Shown piece after piece: positions 1-9,918 of a stretch of DNA of 64,000 bases. The stretch's first letter is position 1. Each line of letters starts with the position of its first letter. Source of the DNA: Clostridia bacterium (lineage in GTDB: Bacteria > Bacillota > Clostridia > Oscillospirales > CAG-272); NCBI GenBank assembly GCA_017466375.1, contig JAFTUH010000040.1, positions 15,069 to 79,068 on the forward strand, in the 5' to 3' direction. Under the pieces are notes generated by a model. The model saw only the letters and a program-made list of their open reading frames with translations, made no database searches and was not told the origin of the DNA. The translations under genes and the position numbers were made by a program.

Positions 1-2
1 AT

Positions 3-212
3 GAAATCTTACGTCATGAATCTGTGTTCACGTTTGGGTATACATCCGAGGATAAAAAGATTCTCATCGTCAGTCCCGTACCGAAAAAAGTTATCCTGCG
101 CGACCGAGGAAGGACGCATACGATGGATAACGGCGATTATGTCGGCGATTTCCGCATGTATACCGCCACTGCGTTTCTCAATGCGCTGGAACGCGAGGTC
201 CTTGACCGATGA
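3..212 (+). CDS. 3' end of an unidentified protein-coding gene (5' part lies outside the window)
   Basis: The frame is open from the window edge to TGA at 210-212. Track ORF 24..212 is its GTG-truncated form. Codon third positions look coding-like and a hairpin terminator follows. No family recognised from ...FGYTSEDKKILIVSPVP...FLNALEREVLDR. Confidence 0.35.
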   Translation, partial: EILRHESVFTFGYTSEDKKILIVSPVPKKVILRDRGRTHTMDNGDYVGDFRMYTATAFLNALEREVLDR

Positions 213-290
213 ACGTCTGCACCACAGGCACAAAATTGTCTGATGGGCAAATCATTCTCCCAAAAATCTACGGAAACGCCTGCCAAATAG

Positions 291-322
291 AAAAGAGCGC
301 ACAGTGTGCGCTCTTTTTGTTT
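291..322. terminator. bidirectional rho-independent terminator between convergent genes
   Basis: 9-bp stem AGAGCGCAC/GTGCGCTCT (294-302/306-314) with a 3-nt loop, flanked by an A-run upstream and TTTTTGTTTT downstream. Confidence 0.6.
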
Positions 323-325
323 TCT

Positions 326-2053
326 TTACGCCACCGTTTGCGTATCGCGCATGCCGTTCCACAGCTCGTGATAGATTCCGCGCTTGTCCAGCAGCTCGTC
401 ATGGCTGCCGCGCTCTGCGATGCCGCTGTCCGTTACAACGATGATCTCATCGGCATTCTTGATCGTGGTAAGTCTATGCGCAACGATGACCGTCGTCCGT
501 CCGCGGCACAGCTCCTCCAAGCTCTTCTGAATCATGTACTCCGTTGCGTTATCAAGCGCAGACGTCGCCTCGTCCAAAATCAGAATCGGCGGATTCTTGA
601 GGAACACACGCGCAATCGCCACGCGCTGCTTTTGACCGCCGGACAGCTTTAGACCGCGCTCGCCGACGACTGTCTCATACCCATCGGGCATCGACAGGAT
701 GTACTCGTGGATATTCGCGCGCTTTGCCGCCGTCTCGACCTCCTCACGGGTCGCATCGGGACAACCGTAGGCGATATTTTCATAAATTGTCGCATTGAAC
801 AGGAACACGTCCTGTGCGACGATACCGATATTCTTTCTGAGTGAAGCACGCGTCACGTCGCGGATATCCGTACCGTCGATACGGATCTCTCCGCCGAGGA
901 TCTCATAGAAGCGCGGGATCAGGTGGCAGATCGTCGTCTTGCCGCCGCCCGACGGACCGACAAGGGCAAGCGTCTTCCCTGCCTCAAGCGTGAAGCTAAG
1001 CCGATCCAGCACGCGCTTACCGTCCTCCGTATAGGCGAAATCGACGTTATCAAACGTGATCTCCCCGCGCACACTGTCCAGCTCGGCGGCATCGGGGGCA
1101 TCCTCCTCCGCCGGATAGTCGATGATTTCGCAAAAGCGCTTGAAGCCGCTCATGCCGCTTTGGTACTGCTCAATAAAGCCGGTCAGTCGGCGCACGGGAT
1201 TCATAAACAGGCTGATATAGATGAGGAACGCCGCAAAATCACCGGGCGTGATCTCCCCACGATAGCAGAAGACGCCGCCTGCCACGTACAATAGCACGTT
1301 CAGAACGTCCCCGATAAACGTCGTACCGGAGGAAAACTCCGCCATGACGCGGTACGCCTTCGCACGCGCCTTGACGAATTTCTTATTGCCGGCATCAAAC
1401 CGTTCGTTCTCGTACGCGCGGCTCGTGTATGCCTTGGCGACACGAATACCGGAGATGCTGTTCTCCAATGAGGCATTGATCTCGCCGATCTCCACTCTCG
1501 TCGCGGTAAACGCGTCGGACATTTTCTTGTGCTTCTTTGCGGAGAAAAGGATCATCACCGGCAGTGCGGCGAACACGATCAGCGTCAGCGGCAGATGGAT
1601 CGTAGACATCATAATGAACGAGCCGATCAGCATCACCGTGGAGATAAATAGATCCTCCGGTCCGTGGTGCGCAAGCTCAGAGATGTCCATCAGATCGCTG
1701 ACGATGCGCGACATGATCGTACCCGTTTTGTTGTTATCGAAATACGTCAGCGGCAATCTCTCCAAATGATCGAAGACGTCCCGGCGCATATCCGCCTGCA
1801 TCCGCACGCCGACGATGTGCCCCCAATACTGGATGAAATAGTTGAGTCCCATCTTAACGAGATAGATTCCAAGCAGCACACCCGCCCAGATGAGCAGCAG
1901 CTTGACCGCACGGTTGGGGATGTACGTATTGATCATCTCGCGCGTGATCATGGGGTAGACAAAATCGCACGCAGACAGGCAGAGCGCGCAGAAGAGATCC
2001 GCCAAAAACAGCCGCATATGCGGTCGATAGTAGCCAATAAATCGTTTCAGCAT
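326..2053 (-). CDS. ABC transporter, fused permease/ATP-binding protein (type I exporter, MsbA/LmrA-like)
   Basis: N-terminal multi-TM domain plus an NBD with Walker A GPSGGGKT, signature LSGGQKQR and Walker B ILILDEATS. Start moved from 2116 to ATG 2053 (MLKRFIGYY), which is preceded by GAAAGGA. Confidence 0.9.
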   Translation of the reverse strand: MLKRFIGYYRPHMRLFLADLFCALCLSACDFVYPMITREMINTYIPNRAVKLLLIWAGVLLGIYLVKMGLNYFIQYWGHIVGVRMQADMRRDVFDHLERLPLTYFDNNKTGTIMSRIVSDLMDISELAHHGPEDLFISTVMLIGSFIMMSTIHLPLTLIVFAALPVMILFSAKKHKKMSDAFTATRVEIGEINASLENSISGIRVAKAYTSRAYENERFDAGNKKFVKARAKAYRVMAEFSSGTTFIGDVLNVLLYVAGGVFCYRGEITPGDFAAFLIYISLFMNPVRRLTGFIEQYQSGMSGFKRFCEIIDYPAEEDAPDAAELDSVRGEITFDNVDFAYTEDGKRVLDRLSFTLEAGKTLALVGPSGGGKTTICHLIPRFYEILGGEIRIDGTDIRDVTRASLRKNIGIVAQDVFLFNATIYENIAYGCPDATREEVETAAKRANIHEYILSMPDGYETVVGERGLKLSGGQKQRVAIARVFLKNPPILILDEATSALDNATEYMIQKSLEELCRGRTTVIVAHRLTTIKNADEIIVVTDSGIAERGSHDELLDKRGIYHELWNGMRDTQTVA

Positions 2054-2091
2054 ACAAAATCCTTTCGGGAAGAATTGGATACGGCACAAAT

Positions 2092-2142
2092 ACGTAAAAA
2101 GGCGGGCTGCCGCCAATGGGAAAATCCCATAGGAAGCAGCCC
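2092..2142 (-). terminator. probable terminator downstream of ftsZ
   Basis: GGGCTGC (2104-2110) pairs with GCAGCCC (2136-2142), enclosing an inner ATGGGA/TCCCAT hairpin. On the minus strand it is followed by CCTTTTTAC. Confidence 0.5.
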
Positions 2143-2157
2143 TTCCCGTTTTCAGAA

Positions 2158-3288
2158 TCAGAACAGACCCGTATTCTGTGCGGAAGAATCCGTCTTGCGG
2201 TTCTTTTTGAGCATGGAGAGAATCTCGTCAAACTCGTCGTCGGAAATGGACGGCTGAACGGGCTCTGCAGGCTCCTCTTCCTTTACAGACTCGTTATTTT
2301 TTTTTTCATCGGCAGCGGATGCGTCATCGCCATTGCTGTCGAAACCGGTGGCAATAATGGTAATCTTCATCTTATCCTCGAGTGCTTCATCAAATGCAAC
2401 ACCGAAGATTACGTTTGCATCGGCGGATGCCTCGGAAGCAATCAGCGTGGAAGCAACGTCGATATCCTCCAGTCCGATGTCGGGGGAGGCGGTGATGTTG
2501 ACAAGGATACCCTTCGCGCCGCTGATCGAGGTCTCAAGCAGCGGGCTGGAGATAGCTGCCTTGGCAGCAAGCTCTGCCTTATCCTTGCCGGTTGCCTCAC
2601 CAACACCCATGTGCGCGTAGCCTGCATCCTTCATAACAGACGTAACGTCTGCGAAGTCGAGGTTGATGTAACCGGGGATATTGATAAGGTCGGAGATGCT
2701 CTGTACGCCGTGGCTGAGCACGCCGTCAGCGATCTCAAATGCGTTGAGGAACGTGATGCGGGTCTCGGAGACCTGCTTCAGTCTCTCGTTCGGGATGATA
2801 ACGAGAGAATCGACAAACTGACGGAAGTTGCAGATACCTGCCTCCGCCTGCGTCATTCTCTTTGCACCTTCGAATGCGAACGGCTTCGTTACGACACCGA
2901 CGGTGAGGATGCCCATCTCCTGTGCGATCTTTGCAACGACGGGAGCTGCACCGGTACCGGTACCGCCGCCCATACCTGCTGTGATGAAGACCATATCTGC
3001 ACCGGCGATGGCGCTCTTGATCTCCTCGATGCTCTCCTCAGCGGCACGGGCACCGATCTCGGGGTTAGCACCTGCGCCGTGACCCTTGGTGATCTTCTCA
3101 CCGATCGGAATCTTGTGCGTAGCGCTGGACTTTGCCAGGGACTGCTTGTCCGTGTTGATCGCGATGAATTCAACGCTTCTGATGTTGGAGCTGATCATAC
3201 GGTTGACAGCGTTGTTACCGCCGCCGCCGACGCCGATTACTTTAATATTGACGCCGATTTCGGAATTGTTATCGAGTTCGAATGCCAT
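2158..3288 (-). CDS. ftsZ: cell division GTPase FtsZ
   Basis: N-terminus [17 protein letters not shown] and tubulin signature [18 protein letters not shown] is preceded by GGAGGA. Last gene of the dcw cluster. Confidence 0.97.
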   Translation of the reverse strand: MAFELDNNSEIGVNIKVIGVGGGGNNAVNRMISSNIRSVEFIAINTDKQSLAKSSATHKIPIGEKITKGHGAGANPEIGARAAEESIEEIKSAIAGADMVFITAGMGGGTGTGAAPVVAKIAQEMGILTVGVVTKPFAFEGAKRMTQAEAGICNFRQFVDSLVIIPNERLKQVSETRITFLNAFEIADGVLSHGVQSISDLINIPGYINLDFADVTSVMKDAGYAHMGVGEATGKDKAELAAKAAISSPLLETSISGAKGILVNITASPDIGLEDIDVASTLIASEASADANVIFGVAFDEALEDKMKITIIATGFDSNGDDASAADEKKNNESVKEEEPAEPVQPSISDDEFDEILSMLKKNRKTDSSAQNTGLF

Positions 3289-3570
3289 AGTGGAAATCCT
3301 CCGTTAATGTTTCTGTATTCTTTTGCTTTAATAAATGATGATTTTTACGTTTCCTCTGCCGGAGCAGCGGATAGGCGACAAATGCCTTTTATAATATAAT
3401 ATACTTTATTTCGGAATTTTGCAATATGTTTTTCCGAATTTCTCAAGTTTTTTTCTTGAATTTCGCGAATTTTCTGCCACTTTCACACAATATTTACATT
3501 TATCTGGATATTATACACTTGCCGATTTCCAGAAATTTGTTTTATACATGTGTAAAATTCCAGATATTTC
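3289..3570 (-). promoter_or_regulatory. 282-nt AT-rich non-coding region upstream of ftsZ (promoter/regulatory region)
   Basis: No ORF with an RBS. Strongly AT-rich compared with flanking genes. Contains -10-like boxes and phased GAATTTY repeats (see findings). Confidence 0.45.
3396..3424 (-). promoter_or_regulatory. candidate sigma-A type promoter for ftsZ
   Basis: Minus strand reads TTGCAA (3424-3419), a 17-nt spacer, then TATTAT (3401-3396), about 110 nt upstream of the ftsZ ATG. Confidence 0.35.
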
Positions 3571-4806
3571 CTACCAATTCAAATCAAGCTGGTCATCAAG
3601 AACAACGCTTGTCTCATCCGTCGCTGTAAGGTCGATCTGTGCCTTCACAGCGGTGGAAAAGAGGCTGTCCTGAAGAACGGCCGATGCGATTTTGAGCTTA
3701 ACCGCAACGTCCTTCGTGTCACCGAAATTCAGAAGAAACTGTCCGTCGCAAACCATGCGGAGCGTATGCGCGTCTGTAAGGTCAACGGCTGTAATTCTGT
3801 CCGAAAGCGGAGAGGCAAGCACCGCCGCCGCGATGTCACGGATCATCCGTGCGCCGCGCTCATTCTCGAAAACGATGACGCGACCGGCTACCGCTTGATT
3901 AACGGCAGGCAGGCACAGACGGATCAGACCGTTCGCCGCCGCCTCATCCTCCGTAACGGAATCCAGCACACGCAAACTCGGCGAAAGCGCACGAAGCTCT
4001 CCGTATATGTACGCACTGAAGGTCGCCTCATCCTCCGTAACGGCGAAGTACACCGTATCGGGAGCCTGTCTGTCCACGTGCAGGGATCGCACGTAAGGGC
4101 AATGCAGTGTGACACGATTCTGCACGACACGCGAGCTGAACGAGTACAGATTCTGTCCCTCCTCCACACCGGCAGCATCAAGAATCGTCTCCGGCGAATA
4201 GAGCGACGCACCCGTTACCGTGATATCATTGACAACGTATGCAAGCTTGTACACAAGGACGAGCGCACACACAAGGAAAACAACTCCGATCAGCACAGCG
4301 AGACCGACTCGGCGGAGTCGCGCGAACGTCTTCTGACGGACCGCCCTTTGATACGCCTGCACGCGTTCCGTATCGCTCATCGTGTCCTCACGGAGAATAT
4401 CCTCAAATCGGCGGGGAATTTCCGTGCTGTGCTCCGAACGGTGTCCCGGACGCTCTCCTGCGCGCGGCTGTGTCTGCGCCGATTGCTTTACGCGCGCTTT
4501 TTCCGCATCCGTACGCACGCGTCCGCGAGGTTGGCGGCTTGTCCCGTCGCGAGGCATATCCTGTGCGGCGGCGTGCTTCTTCCCCGCACGAGCCATGCTT
4601 TCCCGCACGCGGTAGGGATTCTCGATGCGGCCGCCTGTCCGGGTTTTCTCCGTCGGTGCCCGCTCAGACGCTGAGGATCGCTTTTTCCCGATCGGTACCG
4701 CGTCCATGGAGTCATCCCACACGCGCGCAATCCTGTCGGGAGATTTCGAGTACCGCTGTGCGCGATCACGCACGCTGTTTCTCGTAATCGTTTCCGCACG
4801 GTCCAT
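3571..4806 (-). CDS. ftsQ: cell division protein FtsQ/DivIB-like (POTRA domain) with a long basic N-terminal tail
   Basis: Single TM (VGLAVLIGVVFLVCALVLVY) followed by a POTRA-like VNDITVTGASLYSPETILDAAGVEEGQNLY. Sits between murG and ftsZ. ATG 4806 is preceded by AAAGGAGGAAG. Confidence 0.8.
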   Translation of the reverse strand: MDRAETITRNSVRDRAQRYSKSPDRIARVWDDSMDAVPIGKKRSSASERAPTEKTRTGGRIENPYRVRESMARAGKKHAAAQDMPRDGTSRQPRGRVRTDAEKARVKQSAQTQPRAGERPGHRSEHSTEIPRRFEDILREDTMSDTERVQAYQRAVRQKTFARLRRVGLAVLIGVVFLVCALVLVYKLAYVVNDITVTGASLYSPETILDAAGVEEGQNLYSFSSRVVQNRVTLHCPYVRSLHVDRQAPDTVYFAVTEDEATFSAYIYGELRALSPSLRVLDSVTEDEAAANGLIRLCLPAVNQAVAGRVIVFENERGARMIRDIAAAVLASPLSDRITAVDLTDAHTLRMVCDGQFLLNFGDTKDVAVKLKIASAVLQDSLFSTAVKAQIDLTATDETSVVLDDQLDLNW

Positions 4807-4837
4807 ACGTCTTCCTCCTTTTTTCGTAATTTCGGTC

Positions 4838-5974
4838 TTATTTTTTTCTCTTCTTCACAAGATCCACAAGATCCAGATAAATTCTCTTATTCGCATCTGC
4901 CACGGCAAACGCACGGATCTTCTCCGACACAGCCTGGCGCTCTGCCTCTCCGGCATCGGACAAAAGATGCGCCACACGCGCCGTCAGAGGAGCAGCCTCG
5001 CTCGCCTCCAGATCCTTTTCCTCAAAGAGAGACGCCGCACCCGCATCCGCGAGCACCTTGGCATTTTTATACTGATGATTATTCGTCACATTCGGGGAGG
5101 GGATAAACACCGCGCACTTCCCCGCCATGGCAAGCTCGGATACCGTCATCGCTCCTGCACGGCAGATGATCAGATCCGCTGCCGCCATCTGATACGGCAT
5201 ATCGTAGATATACTCAACGAGGCGGATGTTTTCATATGCGTCCAGTCCCATCTCGCGGTACCACTGCCCGCACAGCTCTTTCTCGATCGCGCCCGTCGCG
5301 TGCAGATGAAAGACCTCGGGATGCTTGGCGGTGAAATCACGCATCAGTTTGAGCACGGCGGCGTTCAGACGCTCAGCGCCCATGCTTCCGCCATAGGACA
5401 GGATACAGTATTTGTACTTATCCGGAATACCGAGATGCCGCCGCGCTTCCTCCCTTGTAAGAACGGCGAAATCGCTCTGCAGGGGATTGCCCACGCGCAG
5501 GATCTTCTCCTTGCACGGAAGCTCGGCGCCCGTTTCCTCAAAATTCAGATAGATCCGATCAACGGCACGTGCGAGCATTTTGACAGCCACGCCCGGCACC
5601 GCGTTCGACTCGTGCAGTGCACAGGGGATCCCCATCTGCGATGCCGCCTTGACAACGGGCCAGCTGACGTATCCGCCCGTTCCGACGACGAGATCCGGCT
5701 TGAATTCACGGATGATCTTCTTTGCCTTGACCGGGGAGGTAACCGTCAAATACAGCGTCTTCAGATTCGACAGAGACAGAGAACGGCGCATACCCTGTAT
5801 TTCAACAAAATACAGCGGATAGCCTGCCGCGGGGACAAGCTTTGCTTCAATACCGCGCTTCGTTCCGACGTAGGCAATCTCAGCGGAGGGATCGTTCTGA
5901 CGGATCGTATTGGCAATGGCAAGAGCGGGATTCACATGACCTCCCGTACCTCCGCCTGTCATAAGAACGCGCAT
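4838..5974 (-). CDS. murG: UDP-N-acetylglucosamine--N-acetylmuramyl-(pentapeptide) pyrophosphoryl-undecaprenol N-acetylglucosamine transferase MurG
   Basis: MRVLMTGGGTGGHVNPALAIA N-terminus, dcw context, GGAGG RBS. Confidence 0.95.
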   Translation of the reverse strand: MRVLMTGGGTGGHVNPALAIANTIRQNDPSAEIAYVGTKRGIEAKLVPAAGYPLYFVEIQGMRRSLSLSNLKTLYLTVTSPVKAKKIIREFKPDLVVGTGGYVSWPVVKAASQMGIPCALHESNAVPGVAVKMLARAVDRIYLNFEETGAELPCKEKILRVGNPLQSDFAVLTREEARRHLGIPDKYKYCILSYGGSMGAERLNAAVLKLMRDFTAKHPEVFHLHATGAIEKELCGQWYREMGLDAYENIRLVEYIYDMPYQMAAADLIICRAGAMTVSELAMAGKCAVFIPSPNVTNNHQYKNAKVLADAGAASLFEEKDLEASEAAPLTARVAHLLSDAGEAERQAVSEKIRAFAVADANKRIYLDLVDLVKKRKK

Positions 5975-5996
5975 ACTGTACCTCCGATCTGATTCG

Positions 5997-7334
5997 TTAT
6001 TTTTTCAGGTAAGAATGTTTGGACACGGACAAAACGACGCCCATCTCTGCCATTAATATGATCAGAGACGTACCTCCGTATGAGAAAAACGGAAGCGGAA
6101 CGCCCGTATTGGGGAGCACGTCGGTAACAACGCCTATATTGAGAAGAGCCTGAATACCGACCTGGCTGATGATGCCGAACACAAGAAGGCACGAGAAGAT
6201 GTCCGGTGCACGCAATGCGATCAGATATCCTCTCCAGATAAACAGAAGGAAGAGAATAATCAGCGCCACAGCGCCGACAAAGCCCATCTCTTCACAGAAA
6301 ATGGCGAAGATGAAGTCATTCTGCGCCTCGGATACATAGCTGTGCTTCTGATTGCTTGCACCGAGTCCGACACCGAGGAAGCCGCCCGAACCGATGGCAA
6401 GAAGCCCCTGGGTAGTCTGCCACGCTTCATCGAGCTTATCCGCGTTTTTATCAAAAAACGTTGAAAGGCGCTGCTGTGCATACGGATTCAGAAGCAAAAA
6501 TCCTCCGCCGCCAACAACTCCGAAAGCCGTAGCAAGCAAGCCTACCCACCCGAGATGCGCACCGCCGACCACAAGAACAAACAGTGCGATCAATCCGAGA
6601 ATGATCGTGCCGGACAGATGCTTTTCCGCAAGCACAAGACCGCACGCGGCTCCGACAAAGAGGCACGGATACAGCCCGGCATACAAAAACGTCTTTCCTT
6701 TGGCGGATCTATCAAGCACAAGCTCCCGCTTTTTGTCGAGATACCAGGCAAGTATCATAACGAGCGCCACCTTCATGATCTCCGACGGCTGAAAGGTTGC
6801 CTCACCGAAGCCCAGCCATCTGCGCGCCTCGCCGTTGCTGATTCCGACACCCGGGATCAAAACGATAATCAGAAGAACTATGGCAACTCCGTACGCATAC
6901 GGTGCAGCCCACTTATAGAGCCAGATTGGAACAAGGGAAGCAACGATCAAAAAAACTGTTCCCAGTCCCATCCATATCATGTGCTTCTTGATATAGTGCA
7001 TACTGTCTTCTTTCTGCGCCAGTGCCTCGGGATAGCTTGCGCTGAAGACCATAATCGCGCCAAGCACAAGAAGAATAACGATAAGTGCAAGCATGACTCG
7101 GTCAACGCCGGTATGTATCCGGATAATCTCCGGCTCCGGCTTGCGCTCGGTCACAGCGGATACGCCTTCCCGTCTGACGGTCAGATCCGCTTTTTTGCGC
7201 GGGGGCCGTCCGCTTTTACCGGACACATCCTCCGTCGGAGTCATCATGCGTGGCTCACGGACAGCACGGGGACGTCCCGTACGCGTACTCTCCGGAGGAG
7301 CCTGTTTTGTTTTCGTTTCGGTTTCTTTTGCCAT
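5997..7334 (-). CDS. ftsW: SEDS-family peptidoglycan glycosyltransferase FtsW/SpoVE
   Basis: Polytopic FtsW/RodA/SpoVE-like sequence (C-terminal PNTGVPLPFFSYGGTS motif). Lies between mraY and murG. RBS GGAGGAG. Confidence 0.9.
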   Translation of the reverse strand: MAKETETKTKQAPPESTRTGRPRAVREPRMMTPTEDVSGKSGRPPRKKADLTVRREGVSAVTERKPEPEIIRIHTGVDRVMLALIVILLVLGAIMVFSASYPEALAQKEDSMHYIKKHMIWMGLGTVFLIVASLVPIWLYKWAAPYAYGVAIVLLIIVLIPGVGISNGEARRWLGFGEATFQPSEIMKVALVMILAWYLDKKRELVLDRSAKGKTFLYAGLYPCLFVGAACGLVLAEKHLSGTIILGLIALFVLVVGGAHLGWVGLLATAFGVVGGGGFLLLNPYAQQRLSTFFDKNADKLDEAWQTTQGLLAIGSGGFLGVGLGASNQKHSYVSEAQNDFIFAIFCEEMGFVGAVALIILFLLFIWRGYLIALRAPDIFSCLLVFGIISQVGIQALLNIGVVTDVLPNTGVPLPFFSYGGTSLIILMAEMGVVLSVSKHSYLKK

Positions 7335-7372
7335 TTTCTCCTCCGTTTTAGTATTGATAGATTATATAGCGA

Positions 7373-8392
7373 TTATATAGCGGTCAGCCCGAACCACGCA
7401 AGCACGCAGAACACCGCCGTCACAATGCTGAAGACACACACAATCTTTACCTCGCTCCAGCCGCACTTTTCAAAATGATGATGAATCGGTGCCATGAGAA
7501 ACAGCCGCTTACCGTGCGTCAGCTTGAAATAGCCGACCTGCAGAATGACGGATGCCGCTTCGCAGATATAGATAATGCCGCAAATCACAACGAGCAAAGG
7601 CGTTCCCGTGAGAAACGCACCGCCGACGACCATACCGCCGAGGAACAAAGAGCCAGTATCGCCCATGAACACGCGTGCCGGATAGAAATTATACACAAGG
7701 AATCCGACCGTCGAGCCGATCAGAACAGCGGAAACGAGCCCGAGCGATGCGGACGGCAGATCAATCACGGTAAAGAGATAGGATACGGCGGCGAAAAACA
7801 GTCCCACCACGAACGTCACGCTCGAGGCAAGTCCGTCGATGCCGTCCGTCAGATTGACAGCGTTAACAATGCCCGTGAGCAACAACAGAGCGATCACGTA
7901 ATAGAAGAAGCCGAGCTCGAGTGTCACGCCGGCAAACGGAATCACAAGTGAGGTCGAAATAACCCCCGTAAGCGTGAGTGCGATGAGGAAGAGTGCGGCG
8001 GCGATCAGCTGCAGAAGATATTTCTGCGGCGCGGTCAGCCCCTCGTTCTGCTTCTTGCGCAGCTTGGCGCGGTCGTCGATCACACCGATCAGCCCGTTCG
8101 TGAGTCCGTATCCGTATACGGTGAAGAACGGGAGCAGCGTCTCCAGCTGTCCGTCCACAAGCGCGATCACGGCAACAATGGCGACAGCAATCAACGATGC
8201 GGCAATAAACGCAAGTCCGCCCATCGTAGGCGTTCCCTCCTTGCTCTTGTGCCAGCGCGGTCCGATCTCCAGAATTTTCTGTCCCATCTTTTTGCTCTTG
8301 AGATACGGAATCAGACGGCGGGAAATCAGCACCGTACCGACGCACGTCAATACGAGCGTGAGGAGAAAGAGAAGCACACCTTTGTTACCCAT
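7373..8392 (-). CDS. mraY: phospho-N-acetylmuramoyl-pentapeptide transferase MraY
   Basis: MraY motifs GVIDDRAKL, NAVNLTDGIDGLA and APIHHHFE. dcw context. Confidence 0.95.
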   Translation of the reverse strand: MGNKGVLLFLLTLVLTCVGTVLISRRLIPYLKSKKMGQKILEIGPRWHKSKEGTPTMGGLAFIAASLIAVAIVAVIALVDGQLETLLPFFTVYGYGLTNGLIGVIDDRAKLRKKQNEGLTAPQKYLLQLIAAALFLIALTLTGVISTSLVIPFAGVTLELGFFYYVIALLLLTGIVNAVNLTDGIDGLASSVTFVVGLFFAAVSYLFTVIDLPSASLGLVSAVLIGSTVGFLVYNFYPARVFMGDTGSLFLGGMVVGGAFLTGTPLLVVICGIIYICEAASVILQVGYFKLTHGKRLFLMAPIHHHFEKCGWSEVKIVCVFSIVTAVFCVLAWFGLTAI

Positions 8393-8436
8393 ACGAACCG
8401 TTCCTTTTCGTTTATACAGATTGAACCGTCAGACGG

Positions 8437-9876
8437 TCACTTTTTTCTTTTGCGTCGGGATTTCATGCAGGCGAGGACTTTTTCCGCGGCAACGGCCCGG
8501 CTCGCCTTGACGAGAAGGACGTCGCCCGGCTCCAGCGCCTCGAGGATCATATTCGCCATTGTCTGCGGATCGCGCGTGTCCAGACTGACGTACACATTAT
8601 CCGCACGGATGCCGTTTTTGATCGCCGCCTCGGCAATCACGTCCGCCATCTTGCCGTAGCAGAAGAGGCGGTTCACCTTCGTCTGCGCCGCATACTGTCC
8701 GAGCTGATCGTGCATCAGGCGCGTGTATTCGCCAAGCTCCAGCATATCACCGAGCAGGGCGGCGGATTTCGCATTTCTCTGCGCACAGACGGCGGAGAGC
8801 ACATCAAGCGCGGCACGCATCGATTCGGGACTTGCGTTGTAGCAGTCCTCAATCACGGTGAAAGCGCCCATCTCGTAGATTTTCTGACGCATATCCGCAC
8901 CGTGGAACTGCAGAAGACCGCGGCGGATCGTGTTTTCGGTGAGTCCGAGCATCATACCGACTGCATAGGCGGCAACCGAATTGTAGACGTTGTGCTGTCC
9001 GAGCGTCGGAATCTGCACATTTGTGTACGCCTGATCGCGGCAGATGAGATCGTACGTCATTCCGTCACCGACTGTGCGGATATTGACGGCACGGTAATCG
9101 CCGTGTGCACTTTCGAGACTCATGAACAGCGGCTTCGGCGTAATCGAATCCGCACGCGCGTACAGAAGCGGCTCATCCGCATTCAGAAGAAGCACGCCGT
9201 CCGGCTTCATTCCGGCAACGATCTCCAATTTGGCACGGCAGATATTCTCGCGTGTGCCGAGGGAGGCAAGATGCGACGTACCGATATTCGTCACGACGGC
9301 AATATCCGGCTTCGCAATCTTCGAGAGCCGCTCAATCTCGCCGAGCGCGCTCATGCCCATCTCCAAAACGGACACAGCGTCATCCTTCTCCAGCGTAAAC
9401 AGCGTCATGGCAAGACCAAGATCGTTGTTGTGATTACCCTCCGTCTTGTGCGTTTTGCATCCTGCGGCGGCAACAGCGGCAATAAATTCCTTCGTTGTCG
9501 TTTTGCCGACACTGCCCGTAATGGCAACGACCTTCACCGCACTCGCATCACGGTAATCGGACGCAAGATCGCCGAGGGCACGGATCGGATCGTCCACAAC
9601 GATGACAGCGGCGTTCTTCTCCGCCATGGAATCCGGCACGCGCTGTGCCAGAAAGCATGCCGCACCGAGATCGGCGGCAGACGCCATATAATCGTGTCCG
9701 TCCACGCGCTCACCTGCAATAGCCGCAAAGAGCGAGCCGCCCTTTGCCTCGCGGGAATCGGTGCATATATCCGTAACGGACGCGGTACTTCCCTTGCCTG
9801 TCAGGACAAGCTCGCCGCCGACGATCCGTGCGATTTCTTCCGGGGTGTACGTTTTGATTTTGAGTGCTGCGTTCAT
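8437..9876 (-). CDS. murF: UDP-N-acetylmuramoyl-tripeptide--D-alanyl-D-alanine ligase MurF
   Basis: Mur ligase P-loop ITGSVGKTTTKE. Start moved to ATG 9876 (MNAALKIK), which is preceded by GGAAGGAAAG. Confidence 0.9.
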   Translation of the reverse strand: MNAALKIKTYTPEEIARIVGGELVLTGKGSTASVTDICTDSREAKGGSLFAAIAGERVDGHDYMASAADLGAACFLAQRVPDSMAEKNAAVIVVDDPIRALGDLASDYRDASAVKVVAITGSVGKTTTKEFIAAVAAAGCKTHKTEGNHNNDLGLAMTLFTLEKDDAVSVLEMGMSALGEIERLSKIAKPDIAVVTNIGTSHLASLGTRENICRAKLEIVAGMKPDGVLLLNADEPLLYARADSITPKPLFMSLESAHGDYRAVNIRTVGDGMTYDLICRDQAYTNVQIPTLGQHNVYNSVAAYAVGMMLGLTENTIRRGLLQFHGADMRQKIYEMGAFTVIEDCYNASPESMRAALDVLSAVCAQRNAKSAALLGDMLELGEYTRLMHDQLGQYAAQTKVNRLFCYGKMADVIAEAAIKNGIRADNVYVSLDTRDPQTMANMILEALEPGDVLLVKASRAVAAEKVLACMKSRRKRKK

Positions 9877-9918
9877 GTTCTTTCCTTCCGCTTTGCATCC
9901 GTCCGGATGCATGTCATG

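Noticed and set aside
1-243. Track ORFs 1..243 (+) and 9..233 (-) at the window edge
   Set aside because: Both overlap the frame-3 reading frame, which stays open to the window edge and has the most protein-like sequence. Their products are Arg/Ser/Cys-rich and they have no RBS. At most one frame can be real, and even that call is low confidence.
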